NCBI GenBank assembly: GCA_031404455.1
Contig: JANNHP010000212.1
Coordinates: 3,419 to 67,418, forward strand
Length of the DNA stretch: 64,000 nucleotides
DNA from: Planctomycetia bacterium
GTDB taxonomy: Bacteria > Planctomycetota > JAJSAM01 > JAJVHW01
Direction: 5' to 3'
This document shows, in pieces, positions 16,952 to 25,812 of this stretch. Below the pieces are notes generated by a model. That model was given only the letters and a program-made list of their open reading frames with translations. It had not been told where the DNA came from and searched no databases. Numbering within the stretch: position 1 is the stretch's first letter; every line of letters begins with the position of its first letter. Both the position numbers and the translations under genes were made by a program.

Positions 16952-18070
16952 TCAGCGCCTGCCGCCGCGGCCGCCGCCGCCCCAGCTCTGGGCCCCGCGG
17001 TTGCTCGCCTGCTGCTCGAAGCCCGCGTTGCCCATCCCGCTGAAGGCGTTGCCTCCGTCACCGCCGCCCGGCTGCGAAGCCGCGGGCTGACGCGGCGTGG
17101 CCGCGGCGGCCGCCGCCTTCTGGGCGGTCGTCGGCGCCTGGTACGGCGTCGCGCCGTAGCCACGCGCCTGAGACTGCGCGACGCTGCCCGAGGCGTTGTT
17201 TCCCCGGTACTGCGCCGCGACGGCCGCGTTCGCGTAGTTGACGCCCCCGCGGTGCGCCGGGTCGTGGTTCCACGCGGCGACGTTCGCCCCGGACGCCGCG
17301 GCGATCGTGGTCGCGTTGACGTTCGTGTACCGGTTGTAGTTGTTGTAGGTGTTGACGTTCACGTTGACTTCGCTGTGCCCCCAGCCCCACTTGCAGGTCC
17401 CGTAGAGGCACGAGCCCGCAGCGACCGCGCCACCGTAGCCGTACACCGGCATCGTCGATGGCCACGGCCGGTAGAGCGCGGGGTAGAGCGGCACCGGGTA
17501 CATCAGTCCGTAGACGGCGCTCGGGTAGTACGCCGGCACGTAGACCGTGCTCGGGTCCGTCGGCTGGATCGCGAAGATCCCGCTCTCGGTCTCGGTGACG
17601 GTCTGCTGCGGCGTCGTCGCAAGGTTTCCCGCCGCCTTCGCCTTGCCGCGCAGGCGCTGAACGGCGTCGAGTACCGCCTCTTTCTGGCCGAGGAACGCGT
17701 TGCCCATGTCCTGAGTCCAGTCGAGGTTGTCGCTCATCCGCTGGAGGATGTCGGGGAAGTTGCAGAGCGACTTGACGCTGATGTCCCAGTCGTGGCCCTG
17801 AAGCGCGGTGTTCAGCGGATCACCCGAGATGCCCTTGAGGTCCTTCAGCCAGCGGGCGGCCTTGACGACCTCGAGCGGGTAGGTCGACGCCATGAGGATC
17901 TGCGTGAGGAGCGAGTCGGGATAGAGCGCGATCGGACCGACGATCTCCTCGATGTGCTCGGTCGTGAACTGGGAGCTCGAGACGGCGGAGATGGAGTCCT
18001 GCGCCGCCGCGTGCGGCGACGCCGCGACGAGCGACACGACGACCAGCGCTGCGGCTCGGGCTGCCTTCAT
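16952..18070 (-). CDS. DUF3300 domain secreted protein
   Basis: Signal peptide, then LDEL-like IVGPIALYPDSLLTQILMASTYPLEVVKAARW (DUF3300 N-terminal signature), with a Gly/Asn/Tyr-rich C-terminus. AAGAGGAG lies upstream of the ATG. Confidence 0.85.
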   Translation of the reverse strand: MKAARAAALVVVSLVAASPHAAAQDSISAVSSSQFTTEHIEEIVGPIALYPDSLLTQILMASTYPLEVVKAARWLKDLKGISGDPLNTALQGHDWDISVKSLCNFPDILQRMSDNLDWTQDMGNAFLGQKEAVLDAVQRLRGKAKAAGNLATTPQQTVTETESGIFAIQPTDPSTVYVPAYYPSAVYGLMYPVPLYPALYRPWPSTMPVYGYGGAVAAGSCLYGTCKWGWGHSEVNVNVNTYNNYNRYTNVNATTIAAASGANVAAWNHDPAHRGGVNYANAAVAAQYRGNNASGSVAQSQARGYGATPYQAPTTAQKAAAAAATPRQPAASQPGGGDGGNAFSGMGNAGFEQQASNRGAQSWGGGGRGGRR

Positions 18071-18101
18071 CGGAGCATCTCCTCTTGTTCGAGCGCGGAC
18101 T

Positions 18102-18671
18102 TCAGCGCGTCATCTCCTGGCGCGCGTTCATGAATTTCAGGAGACCCTTCGCCCACGGCTCGAATCCCGTCTCGCCCGCGCCGACGTCGCGCCATCGCAT
18201 GCCGGCGCCGATGCGCTTCTTCGTCTGCGCGTCGAGCATCTCCCATTCGAGGCGCGCGCCGAGGACGTCGCCGGGCGTCGTGCCTCCGTCTCGCAGTTTC
18301 ACGTCGGTGAGTGCGGCGCGCAGGCGGATCGTCCGCGACGCGGGCGCGTCGAGGATCGTGTAGTACGGATCGACGACCCGGAAGACCGTGTCGTGTAGTT
18401 CCGCCGCGAGCGCCTGCAGGACCGCCGGGTCGGCGGACGCCGCCGCGGCGCCGGGGACGAGCACGACCTCGACCGGATCGATCATCAAGCGGTCGTACTC
18501 GAGGAAGTCGACCTTCGGGTCGAACCAGGCCGCGAGCTCGGGGTCCGTCGACGACTTCTTGAGGTCGGAGTAGTCGCCGAGGAAGCCCGAACGGTGCTCG
18601 GAGCCCGGCACCGCGCAGGCGCCGAGCGCAAGAACGACGAGGGCGAGTGCGAACGGGAGGATGGGTCGCAT
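18102..18671 (-). CDS. DUF3313 domain lipoprotein, copy 1
   Basis: ATG 18669-18671 (MRPILPFALALVVLALGAC lipobox), then SGFLGDYSDLKK, characteristic of DUF3313. It is a paralog of 32655..33344. Confidence 0.8.
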   Translation of the reverse strand: MRPILPFALALVVLALGACAVPGSEHRSGFLGDYSDLKKSSTDPELAAWFDPKVDFLEYDRLMIDPVEVVLVPGAAAASADPAVLQALAAELHDTVFRVVDPYYTILDAPASRTIRLRAALTDVKLRDGGTTPGDVLGARLEWEMLDAQTKKRIGAGMRWRDVGAGETGFEPWAKGLLKFMNARQEMTR

Positions 18672-18692
18672 GGCGTTGTCCTTCTGCACGGG

Positions 18693-20180
18693 CTACTCCT
18701 CGTTCCAGTAAGCGACCCACGCCGCTTCGAGATCCGCAGGCAGCGGCGCGCGCGCCGGGGCCACGGCGAAGTTCTTCCGTTCGTCGCGCCACCACGAGAT
18801 CCACGCCTCCTTCGACGTGCCGAGGTCCTTTCCCGTCAGCGCGACGAGTGCCACGCGGAAGTCGTCCATGAAGCGCGGGGAGCCGGAACGGCCGCCGCGC
18901 GGATCGCCTCCGCCGAGCTGCATCCCCTTGATGAGTCCCTCGACGCTCTTCGCGTCGCGGATCCGCGCGAGCCCGAGGATGCGCGCCCTGCCGGACGCGA
19001 TCGTGAGGTGGTCGAAGGGATCGTCCTCGAGGACCGCGATCGACGACGTCGATCCGTGGCGCCCGATCGCCTGGAGCAGGCGCGCGAAGAGGACTTCGTC
19101 GGCGCGCAGCTCCTCGTCGCGGTGGTAGAGCCGGTGGAGCTGCTTCAGCGCCTCGGGGTTCGACATCCAGCCGAGCGCGTCGATCGCCGCGAGGCGGACG
19201 GCGTCGTCCCTGTCGGTGAGACCCCTAGCGATCGCGGAGACGATCTCGGCGTGCCCGAGTCCCGCGCCGCTCATGATCGCGCCGATCCGCTCCTGCGACG
19301 TGCCGCCCTGCGCGAACGCCTTCTTGAGCGCGTCGACGCCGAGGTCCACGTCCTCCGCGGACGCGTCGGGCACGACGACGAACGGAGGCCCGATCCGCGG
19401 CGGCGGCGGCGGCGGCCGGTCGGCGTACCAGCGCTCGCCCCAGTACTTCTCCCACTGCGTGACGAACTGGGCCGGGAGGTCGGGGCGTTCCTTCGAGACC
19501 TTGAAAGTCCGCTTGTTGTCCCGCCACCAGCTCCCCCAGTCGTCCCGCGCCGGGCCGAGGTCCTTCCCGGTGAGCACGGCGATGGTGAGGCGGAAATCGG
19601 GGTCGGCGCCGGTGCCCGAATTGCCGCGATCCGAGCGCCCGCGGCGTCCGCCCCCGCCGGCGAGCGTCGTCAGCTTGAACACGGCTTCGAGCGAGTCCTC
19701 GTTGCGGATGAGGCCGAGGCCGTTGATCCGCGCCCGCGCGGTGCGGAGCGTGATGTGGTCGAAGACGTCGTCCGTGAGGACGGTGACCGAGGACGGATCG
19801 CCCTTGCGGCCGATGGCGCGGAGCAGCGCGACGAACGTGTCCTCGTCCTTGCGCAGCTTCTCGTCGCGGCGGTAGAGATCCTGCAGCGCCTTCAGCGCGC
19901 GCGGGCTGTCGGTGACGGCGAGGGCGTCGATCGCCGCGCGGCGCACGGCGAGGTTCTTGTCGCGGAGGGCGTCGGCGACGAGATCGACGACCTTGTCGTC
20001 GGCGACTCCGGCGGCCGCGGTGAGGGCGTCGACGCGGAGCTCTTCAGCGGTTCCCTGCGCGAACGCCTCCTTCATCTGCTGCTGCACGGCTGCCGGGTCG
20101 GCGGCCGCGCCGGCGGATCCGGCGAAGGCAAGCGACAGAGCGAGCGACACGGCGAGACGGCTCCGGCCGGTACGAGGCAT
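18693..20180 (-). CDS. Secreted HEAT-repeat protein with internal two-fold duplication
   Basis: ATG 20178-20180 (MPRTGRSRLAVSLALSLAFAGSAGA). Two roughly 220-aa halves align residue by residue (..AVRRAAIDALA../..AVRLAAIDALG..; LTGKDLG....W.SWWRD in both). They are joined by a PPPPPP linker. Confidence 0.8.
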   Translation of the reverse strand: MPRTGRSRLAVSLALSLAFAGSAGAAADPAAVQQQMKEAFAQGTAEELRVDALTAAAGVADDKVVDLVADALRDKNLAVRRAAIDALAVTDSPRALKALQDLYRRDEKLRKDEDTFVALLRAIGRKGDPSSVTVLTDDVFDHITLRTARARINGLGLIRNEDSLEAVFKLTTLAGGGGRRGRSDRGNSGTGADPDFRLTIAVLTGKDLGPARDDWGSWWRDNKRTFKVSKERPDLPAQFVTQWEKYWGERWYADRPPPPPPRIGPPFVVVPDASAEDVDLGVDALKKAFAQGGTSQERIGAIMSGAGLGHAEIVSAIARGLTDRDDAVRLAAIDALGWMSNPEALKQLHRLYHRDEELRADEVLFARLLQAIGRHGSTSSIAVLEDDPFDHLTIASGRARILGLARIRDAKSVEGLIKGMQLGGGDPRGGRSGSPRFMDDFRVALVALTGKDLGTSKEAWISWWRDERKNFAVAPARAPLPADLEAAWVAYWNEE

Positions 20181-20348
20181 GTTCGAGTTTCCTCCGGGAA
20201 TGCTCTCCGCGCGCCTTCGAGGCGCGGACGACCGGCACACGCTACTCCGCGCCGAGCCGGACGGCGAGAGTCACGGCCGTCCGCGATGATGCCCTCGGCG
20301 ACGCGGGCGGGGCGGAGCTGCCGCCCCAGCGCGCGCAAAGTCAATGGG

Positions 20349-20927
20349 CTACTGGCTGCTGCCCAGCTCCTCGTCTCGCGAGATGAACGCCCAGAAGATC
20401 GACGCGTGGAGCGCGACGCCGCCCACGAAGAGCTCGTGGTTCGTCGTGCTCGATCCTGTCGTGTTGCCGCGGACGGAGCCGCCGAAGTCGCCGAACTTCA
20501 GCGCGGCCGCAGCCTCGGCTCCGAACTCGGTCAGGCCCTCTTTGAACGCATCGAGGGCGGCGGCGTCGTGGAACACGATGACTCCGCCGACGCGCGCGAC
20601 CTCGACGCCCGGCCCGATCGCGAGCGTGCGGTGATCGACGATCGTCTCGGTGTGGTCGCGGTTGTCGACGAGCACGCCGTAGCCGTTCGCGGTGCCGATG
20701 ATGAGGATCTTGAGCACGAACGTGTCCATGACAAGATAGCCCGGCGCCGCTGCGAGCGCGGCCTCGAGACCTGGTTCGTCGCTACGAGCGATCTGCAGGT
20801 ACTCGTCGCGCATCGCGTGCGCGGACTGCCACTTCTGGTCGCGGGTGTCTCCGCCGGGCGAAACGCATGCGGCGGCGGACATGGCGATCGCGGCGAGGGC
20901 CACGACACGTACGGAGTTGCCGAACAT
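20349..20927 (-). CDS. Lipoprotein, possibly SYLF (Ysc84-like) domain
   Basis: ATG 20925-20927 is preceded by GAAGGGAGA. Lipobox MSAAAC. The Gly-rich beta pattern IGTANGYGVLV...IGPGVEVARVGGVIVF...FGAEAAAALKFG resembles SYLF. Family assignment is tentative. Confidence 0.65.
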   Translation of the reverse strand: MFGNSVRVVALAAIAMSAAACVSPGGDTRDQKWQSAHAMRDEYLQIARSDEPGLEAALAAAPGYLVMDTFVLKILIIGTANGYGVLVDNRDHTETIVDHRTLAIGPGVEVARVGGVIVFHDAAALDAFKEGLTEFGAEAAAALKFGDFGGSVRGNTTGSSTTNHELFVGGVALHASIFWAFISRDEELGSSQ

Positions 20928-21206
20928 CGAAGAGTCTCCCTTCCTGTCCGAGGTTCCGGCGGAGCGACTGGAACTCATGCCTCGGTCGTCCTTCCCGCAC
21001 CGGCGTCGCTCATGATGCTCGGGGAAGCGCCTGAGTGCGAGATGTCAATCCCCGCACGCCCCCGCGCCCATCTCGCATCTCCCGCACAGGTCCGGCGCCC
21101 GGTCGCGCGGGCGGCCGTGGACGGGAGAGGTATGATCCTGCCGGTGCGAGATGTCTCACCGGGCGCACGCGTCAGGAGCCGCCCTGGCGACGAAGAGGAG
21201 CTCTCG

Positions 21207-22871
21207 ATGATCCGTCGCGTCGCCCTCCTCGCCGCCGCCCTCGTCGTCGCCGCAGGCGCGCCTCGCGGGGCCCTGACCGACGACGACGTCCACTACGTCT
21301 ACGGACAGAACGCCGAGGGCAAACTCAGCGTGAACGGCACGGTCCTCGACGACCTGCCCGGCGACTTCCAGGTCACGGAGTTCGGCATCTACTACCCCGA
21401 CGAAGCGTGGTCCGCGATCGCGCTCGACGGGCAGCGTCGCTACTCGCTCCGCCGCGACGGCGTCGTCCGCAACGACGGGTCGAAGCTCCACGAGCTCCCC
21501 TACGACGCGAAGCTCACGTCGTACTGGGTCTCGCTCGCCGTGTCGGGCGGCGTCACCTGGAGCCTTCGCCAGGACGGGCTCGTCTGCGAGGGCGCGGACA
21601 CGCTCGTGAAGCTGCCGACGGATCTCTTCCTCTTCCGCGGCATCGTCGCGAGCGCGGGACACGTCTGGTCGCTCCGGAGCGACGGCTCGATCTTCCGGGA
21701 CGACGACGTCACGCCGCTCTACCAGCTCCGCGGCGGCCCGGGGCGCGCGACCCTCTTCCCGGACGGCGTCGCGTTCGACACCGAGTGGGTCGCGATGGTC
21801 CTCGATCCGACCGAGCCGTACGTGTACGCGATCCGAGTCGACGGCATCGTCCGTCGCGCGGACGTCAGCGACCCGGCCCCGATCCGCCCTGAGGGCGAGG
21901 GCGTGGCCGCGCTGCCCTTCTACTTCGACGTCGATGCGGACGACGACGGCTACTACGACGTCTATCCCTTGCTCGACGACGCGTACCTCGACATCGAGTT
22001 CAAGGACAAGGGCGTGTGGCTCGCGATCGCGGGCGACGGGCGCGTGTACAGCTCGAAGAACACGACGTCGCCGGTGATCGACTTCCCCGGCGACGCATTC
22101 GACCTCGACGACGCGTTCACCGACCTCGCGACGTCCGGCAACGCGTTCTGGGCGGTCCGGTCCGACGGCTTCGCCTATCGCGGCGACGTGGACGCGCCGC
22201 GCGTGACGCTCCCGCCCGGGCACTACGGGCGCATCGCTGCGTCGTCGTCCCCGCCGACGCTCGGCGACGCCGACGAGCACCCGCCGAAGTGCCTCGTCTA
22301 CACGACGCGTACGGTCGTCGGGACGCCGCTCGACGTCCCCGTCGTGGCGAACGACATCGAGACGCCGAGCGAGGACCTCGTCGTGACGCCGACGTCTCTG
22401 CCGTCGGACTCGTCCGGATCGTCGGCTACATGGGACTCCGCGGCGCGTGTGATGCGCTGGCACTCGCCGCAGGTGCCCGGTACGTACAAGTTCGAGTTCA
22501 AGGTGGACGACGGCAGTTCGATCTCGCGCTTCAAGTTCACCCTGAAGGTCTTCGCCGCCGACACCGACCCGGCGAAGGACGAGCCCCCCACCGTTCCCGC
22601 GCTGCAGGGCGCCCGCCCGATCATCGGCGAGCCGTTCTCGTTCACCGTGATCACCGACGACGAGGACGGCGACCCAGTCGCCGTCTCCGTCAACACGTCG
22701 AACTACCCGTTCGACTCCGGCGCCACGTTCGACCCCGTGACCCGCCGCTTCGCCTGGACGCCCGCGACCGCCGACCAGGGCAACCGCACCGTGAAGTTCA
22801 AAGTGCAAAGCGGCACGAAGGAGAAGACGCTGACCGTGAAGCTGAGTGTGCGTCAGGGGTTCTGGTTCTGA
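21207..22871 (+). CDS. Secreted beta-propeller-like repeat protein with C-terminal Ig-like (He_PIG/cadherin-like) domains
   Basis: ATG 21207 is preceded by GAAGAGGAG and followed by a signal peptide. There are six or more repeats of (W/Y).(L/I)R.DG (YSLRRDGVV, WSLRQDGLV, WSLRSDGSI, YAIRVDGIV, LAIAGDGRV, WAVRSDGFA). The C-terminal F.W.P...D.G...V.F.V modules occur twice. Only the last 554 aa of listed ORF 18594..22871 are credible. Confidence 0.8.
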   Translation: MIRRVALLAAALVVAAGAPRGALTDDDVHYVYGQNAEGKLSVNGTVLDDLPGDFQVTEFGIYYPDEAWSAIALDGQRRYSLRRDGVVRNDGSKLHELPYDAKLTSYWVSLAVSGGVTWSLRQDGLVCEGADTLVKLPTDLFLFRGIVASAGHVWSLRSDGSIFRDDDVTPLYQLRGGPGRATLFPDGVAFDTEWVAMVLDPTEPYVYAIRVDGIVRRADVSDPAPIRPEGEGVAALPFYFDVDADDDGYYDVYPLLDDAYLDIEFKDKGVWLAIAGDGRVYSSKNTTSPVIDFPGDAFDLDDAFTDLATSGNAFWAVRSDGFAYRGDVDAPRVTLPPGHYGRIAASSSPPTLGDADEHPPKCLVYTTRTVVGTPLDVPVVANDIETPSEDLVVTPTSLPSDSSGSSATWDSAARVMRWHSPQVPGTYKFEFKVDDGSSISRFKFTLKVFAADTDPAKDEPPTVPALQGARPIIGEPFSFTVITDDEDGDPVAVSVNTSNYPFDSGATFDPVTRRFAWTPATADQGNRTVKFKVQSGTKEKTLTVKLSVRQGFWF

Positions 22872-22893
22872 CGGGGCGGCGGAATCTGCCCGT

Positions 22894-22923
22894 GAGCAGG
22901 GAATGTCGCGACATTTCCTGCTC
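22894..22923. terminator. 30-nt imperfect palindrome between convergent genes
   Basis: GAGCAGGGAATGTCG/CGACATTTCCTGCTC (one mismatch). It lies between the stops at 22871 (+) and 22945 (-). Confidence 0.45.
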
Positions 22924-22944
22924 TGGGGACCAGGCGGGGACGAG

Positions 22945-24270
22945 TCAATCCGCGACCGGTACCTCGAGCAGCCACTCGTAGGCGGGCCGTACCTCGACTC
23001 CCGGCGAGACGACCCGCGCAAGCGCGTCGCGGTCCGGCACCAGGAACCGCCGCGCCGCGCGCGGATGTTCCTTCGCCGCCGCGTCGAGGGCGCGCAACTC
23101 GCGCGCGAGCGCGTCCGGGGACGACACGTCCGCGCACACCTGGATCAACTCCTCACCGGCGGCCGGGCGGCGGGAGAGAAAGTCCACTTCCAGCCCGTCG
23201 GCCGTCTTGACGTAGCCGACCTCGGCGCCGCGCCTCTCCAATTCGTTCAGCACTACGGTCTCCAGCGCGTGGCCGACGTTTGAGCGGCCGCTGGCGTCGA
23301 ACGCCTGGATGAGTCCCGGATCTGCGGGATAGATCTTCCGCGGGTTCGAGTTCCGCTTTCGCTCCGAGTCGGTCGCGACCGGCACGGCGCTGAGCAGGAA
23401 CGCGTCGAGGAGATGGCCGAGCAGCTCGTGCACGGCGTCCTTCGCCACGCCGTGTCCCTGGGACTTCAAGTCCCTGTGCAGTCGGTGGACGCTGAAGCTC
23501 GCCGCCGGATTGCGCAGACACTGCCGCACGAGCCATCGCAATGCTGCCACCTGCGACACACCGAACCGTTCCACCACGTCGCGGAACAGCACGGTGTCCA
23601 CGTAGCCTTGCAGGAGCTCGATCCGCAACGCAGCCGGAACGCCCTGCGCCTCGGGGAATCCACCTCGGACGAGGTAGTCGCGGAAGCGCTTCTCGACGAG
23701 GGACCGCTCGGCCGGCGTCCATCGGCGGGCTTCCTTCGCCGGCTCCTCGCCTCGATGCCGCAGGAACTCGCGGAAGCTGAAAGGCCGGATCACGGTCGCC
23801 ATCCCGCGTCCGCGCAGGGAGGTGTGAACTTCGCGCGACAGCAGCCGTGCCGAAGATCCGGAGACCACGATCTCGACCTTCTCGGAGTCGAGAGCCCGAC
23901 GCACGAAGCGCTCCCAACCGGTGACGAGCTGGACCTCGTCGAGGAACCAGTACACCGTCTCGACGCCGCGCAGCGCAGGGTGACGCCGGTAGAATTCCTC
24001 GAGCAGGAAGCCCAGTTGCTCGAGCGCGAGACCTCCGAGCCGGTCGTCGTCGAAGCTGAGATAGACCGCCCGCTCGGCACGCGAAGTCGCCCGGCGCGCG
24101 TCGAGCAACTGACGCAGGAACGTAGTCTTCCCGGCGCGGCGCATCCCGATCACAGCGTGCACCTTGCCAGGCACTTCGGGCAGCCGGGCGTCGCGTCGGG
24201 TGAGCTCGAGCGGCACCAGCGGCGACAGAGCGACGCTCAGTTTCTCCGCGAGAACGGGGTGCAGGGTCAT
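22945..24270 (-). CDS. AAA-family ATPase with DUF4143 C-terminal domain (AAA_14/DUF4143 'ATP-binding protein')
   Basis: ATG 24268-24270 (MTLHPVLAEKL). Walker A GMRRAGKTT, Walker B YWFLDEVQ. The C-terminal GHALETVVLNELERRG...VDF block is typical of DUF4143. Confidence 0.85.
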   Translation of the reverse strand: MTLHPVLAEKLSVALSPLVPLELTRRDARLPEVPGKVHAVIGMRRAGKTTFLRQLLDARRATSRAERAVYLSFDDDRLGGLALEQLGFLLEEFYRRHPALRGVETVYWFLDEVQLVTGWERFVRRALDSEKVEIVVSGSSARLLSREVHTSLRGRGMATVIRPFSFREFLRHRGEEPAKEARRWTPAERSLVEKRFRDYLVRGGFPEAQGVPAALRIELLQGYVDTVLFRDVVERFGVSQVAALRWLVRQCLRNPAASFSVHRLHRDLKSQGHGVAKDAVHELLGHLLDAFLLSAVPVATDSERKRNSNPRKIYPADPGLIQAFDASGRSNVGHALETVVLNELERRGAEVGYVKTADGLEVDFLSRRPAAGEELIQVCADVSSPDALARELRALDAAAKEHPRAARRFLVPDRDALARVVSPGVEVRPAYEWLLEVPVAD

Positions 24271-24414
24271 GCCGCGACGATAGCGCTCATGTGTCCTCCT
24301 ATCAAGGCCACATTCGGTACCATCCGGCCCCAATGGAAGGCCACATGAGCCCCGTTCGAACCGAGTCAGCGCTCGCGCGGAACTGCCCCGTCATCCGACG
24401 CGGTGGACGTGACG

Positions 24415-24947
24415 TCACGCCCTCGGTGCGCGAAGAAATGGCCCGCACCAGACGGCGATCGCCAGGTGCAGCGGGACGCACGCCCAGAGCAGGGGCCCGG
24501 CCATCTGTAGCGCGGCGCCGGAGTACACGAGGAGCGCCGCGACGGCGGCGTTGTAGACGAGCATCGCGGCGAGGAGTCCGCGACCGGCTGGTCGCCGCCT
24601 TCGAGAGCGGCTCTCACGTCGCCCTTGAGAATCGAGGCGAACGGTTCCTTGTCCTTCCACTCGGGATGCTGCGGCGCCAGCGCCTTCACGCGGTCCGCGA
24701 CGAAGTAGAACTGGACCGGAACCGGCTGCTCGCTCCAGAGCGTGCCGTCGTTGTCGAACACGGCGATGCGCTCGGGGACGGCGACGAAGTCCGGCGACCC
24801 GGGCTTCGTCACCTGCTCGACGAACTCGACGATCGACTGCTTCGCCTTGCCGTCGTTCCACGACGGGAGCGGATCGTCGGCGCGGGCGACGGTCGCGGTG
24901 AACGCCGCGGCGACGGCGAGGACGTACAGTCGGAGGACGGTTCGCAT
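24415..24947 (-). pseudogene. Chimeric remnant: N-terminal ~117 aa of a secreted HAD-like phosphatase fused out of frame to the last ~55 aa of a small membrane protein
   Basis: MRTVLRL...DPLPSWNDGKAKQSIVEFV...FDNDGTLWSEQP...APQHPEWKDKEPF is a HAD N-terminus that should be about 300+ aa. Junction at about 24589. In another frame GRGLLAAMLVYNAAVAALLVYSGAALQMAGPLLWACVPLHLAIAVWCG matches the C-terminus of 25813..26193. Confidence 0.6.
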
Positions 24948-24993
24948 CGATCTGACCTCGTCGCTTGGAAACGACTTCGTTCGTTCACTGCGT

Positions 24994-25021
24994 CGCGGGC
25001 CGGCCGAGGGGCCGGCCCGCG
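24994..25021 (-). terminator. 12-bp GC hairpin downstream of the truncated sulfatase copy
   Basis: CGCGGGCCGGCC-GAGG-GGCCGGCCCGCG, read directly. Confidence 0.35.
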
Positions 25022-25039
25022 TGATTCACGAGCGAGGCG

Positions 25040-25675
25040 CTACTTGCCGGCGCCGTTCTGCAACTGCTCCACGACTTTGTTGATGCTGAAGCTGCCGGTC
25101 TTCTGGCTCGGTGGGAAGTCCTTGAACGTCCCGAGCATGTTGCCGACCACGGCCTGCGCCGGAACCAGGACGAACGCATGGTCGATCATCCAGTCCCAAT
25201 ACGTGTTCGACGTGATGTCGGCCCGCTCATAGGGGTCCATCCGCAGATTGAAGACCTTGGGCAGCCGCAGTTCCGTGAACGGTTCGGCCCAGATCCCCAT
25301 CGTGCCGGTCTTCCGTTGTTCTGAGAACACGAACTTCCAGTTGTCGTAGCGCAGGCAGAACAGGTCGCCCTCGTCGCCGAAGTAGAAGAACTCCTTGCGC
25401 GGGTCCTCCGTGGTCTGGCCGGTCAGGAGAGGCAGCATGTTGTAGCCGTCGAGGTGGACCTTGTAGGTCGTGTCGCCGGCTTTCATGCCCTTCAAGAGCT
25501 GCTCTTTCGCGTCGGGAACGCCCGCCGCCGCGAGGAGCGTGGGCATCCAATCGAGGTGCGAGATGATCTCGTTGGAGACCGTGCCGGCCTTGATGTGGCC
25601 GGGCCAGCGCACCATCGCGGGGACGCGGTAGGCGCCTTCCCAGTTCGAGTTCTTCTCGCTGCGGAAGGGCGTCAA
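25040..25675 (-). pseudogene. Arylsulfatase C-terminal fragment (N-terminal catalytic half deleted)
   Basis: The 211 aa align at about 60% by eye to the C-terminal 211 aa of 26603..28168 (TPFRSEKNSNWEGAYRVP.. vs TPFRNEKATNWEGGYRVP..). Homology stops exactly at the listed TTG 'start'. There is no CxAxR formylglycine motif and no signal peptide. Confidence 0.75.
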
Positions 25676-25812
25676 CCGATGCCGACGCGCGCGGGCTCGA
25701 AGGCCCTCGGACTCAGCGCGACGGGGGACGACGGATCACCCCGAGGTGCGAGATTTCGCACCCGCGCGAGGGGCGACTCGAGCCTGAGGACCGTCCCTGA
25801 AAGGTGCGACAG

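Noticed and set aside
20181-20348. Hairpin CCGCGC(G)CC-TTCGA-GGCGCGG near 20205-20225 as a terminator or attenuator upstream of the seven-gene operon
   Set aside because: The stem is only about 7 bp with a bulge. It lies immediately 5' of the HEAT gene start, where an SD is expected. The evidence is too weak to call.
18594-21206. N-terminal 870 aa of the listed 1425-aa ORF 18594..22871
   Set aside because: It is shadow sequence antisense to the HEAT, DUF3313 and lipoprotein genes. The credible protein begins at ATG 21207, with a signal peptide and a GAAGAGGAG SD.
24408-24419. Perfect 12-bp palindrome CGTGACGTCACG (CRE-like) as a regulator binding site
   Set aside because: It is a single occurrence, lies inside pseudogene debris, and is short enough to arise by chance in GC-rich DNA. 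There is no supporting second site or adjacent promoter.
25040-25675. Functional short sulfatase-like protein starting at the listed 'M'
   Set aside because: The listed start is a TTG exactly at the homology breakpoint, with no SD or signal peptide. The catalytic N-terminal half, including the CxAxR motif, is absent.
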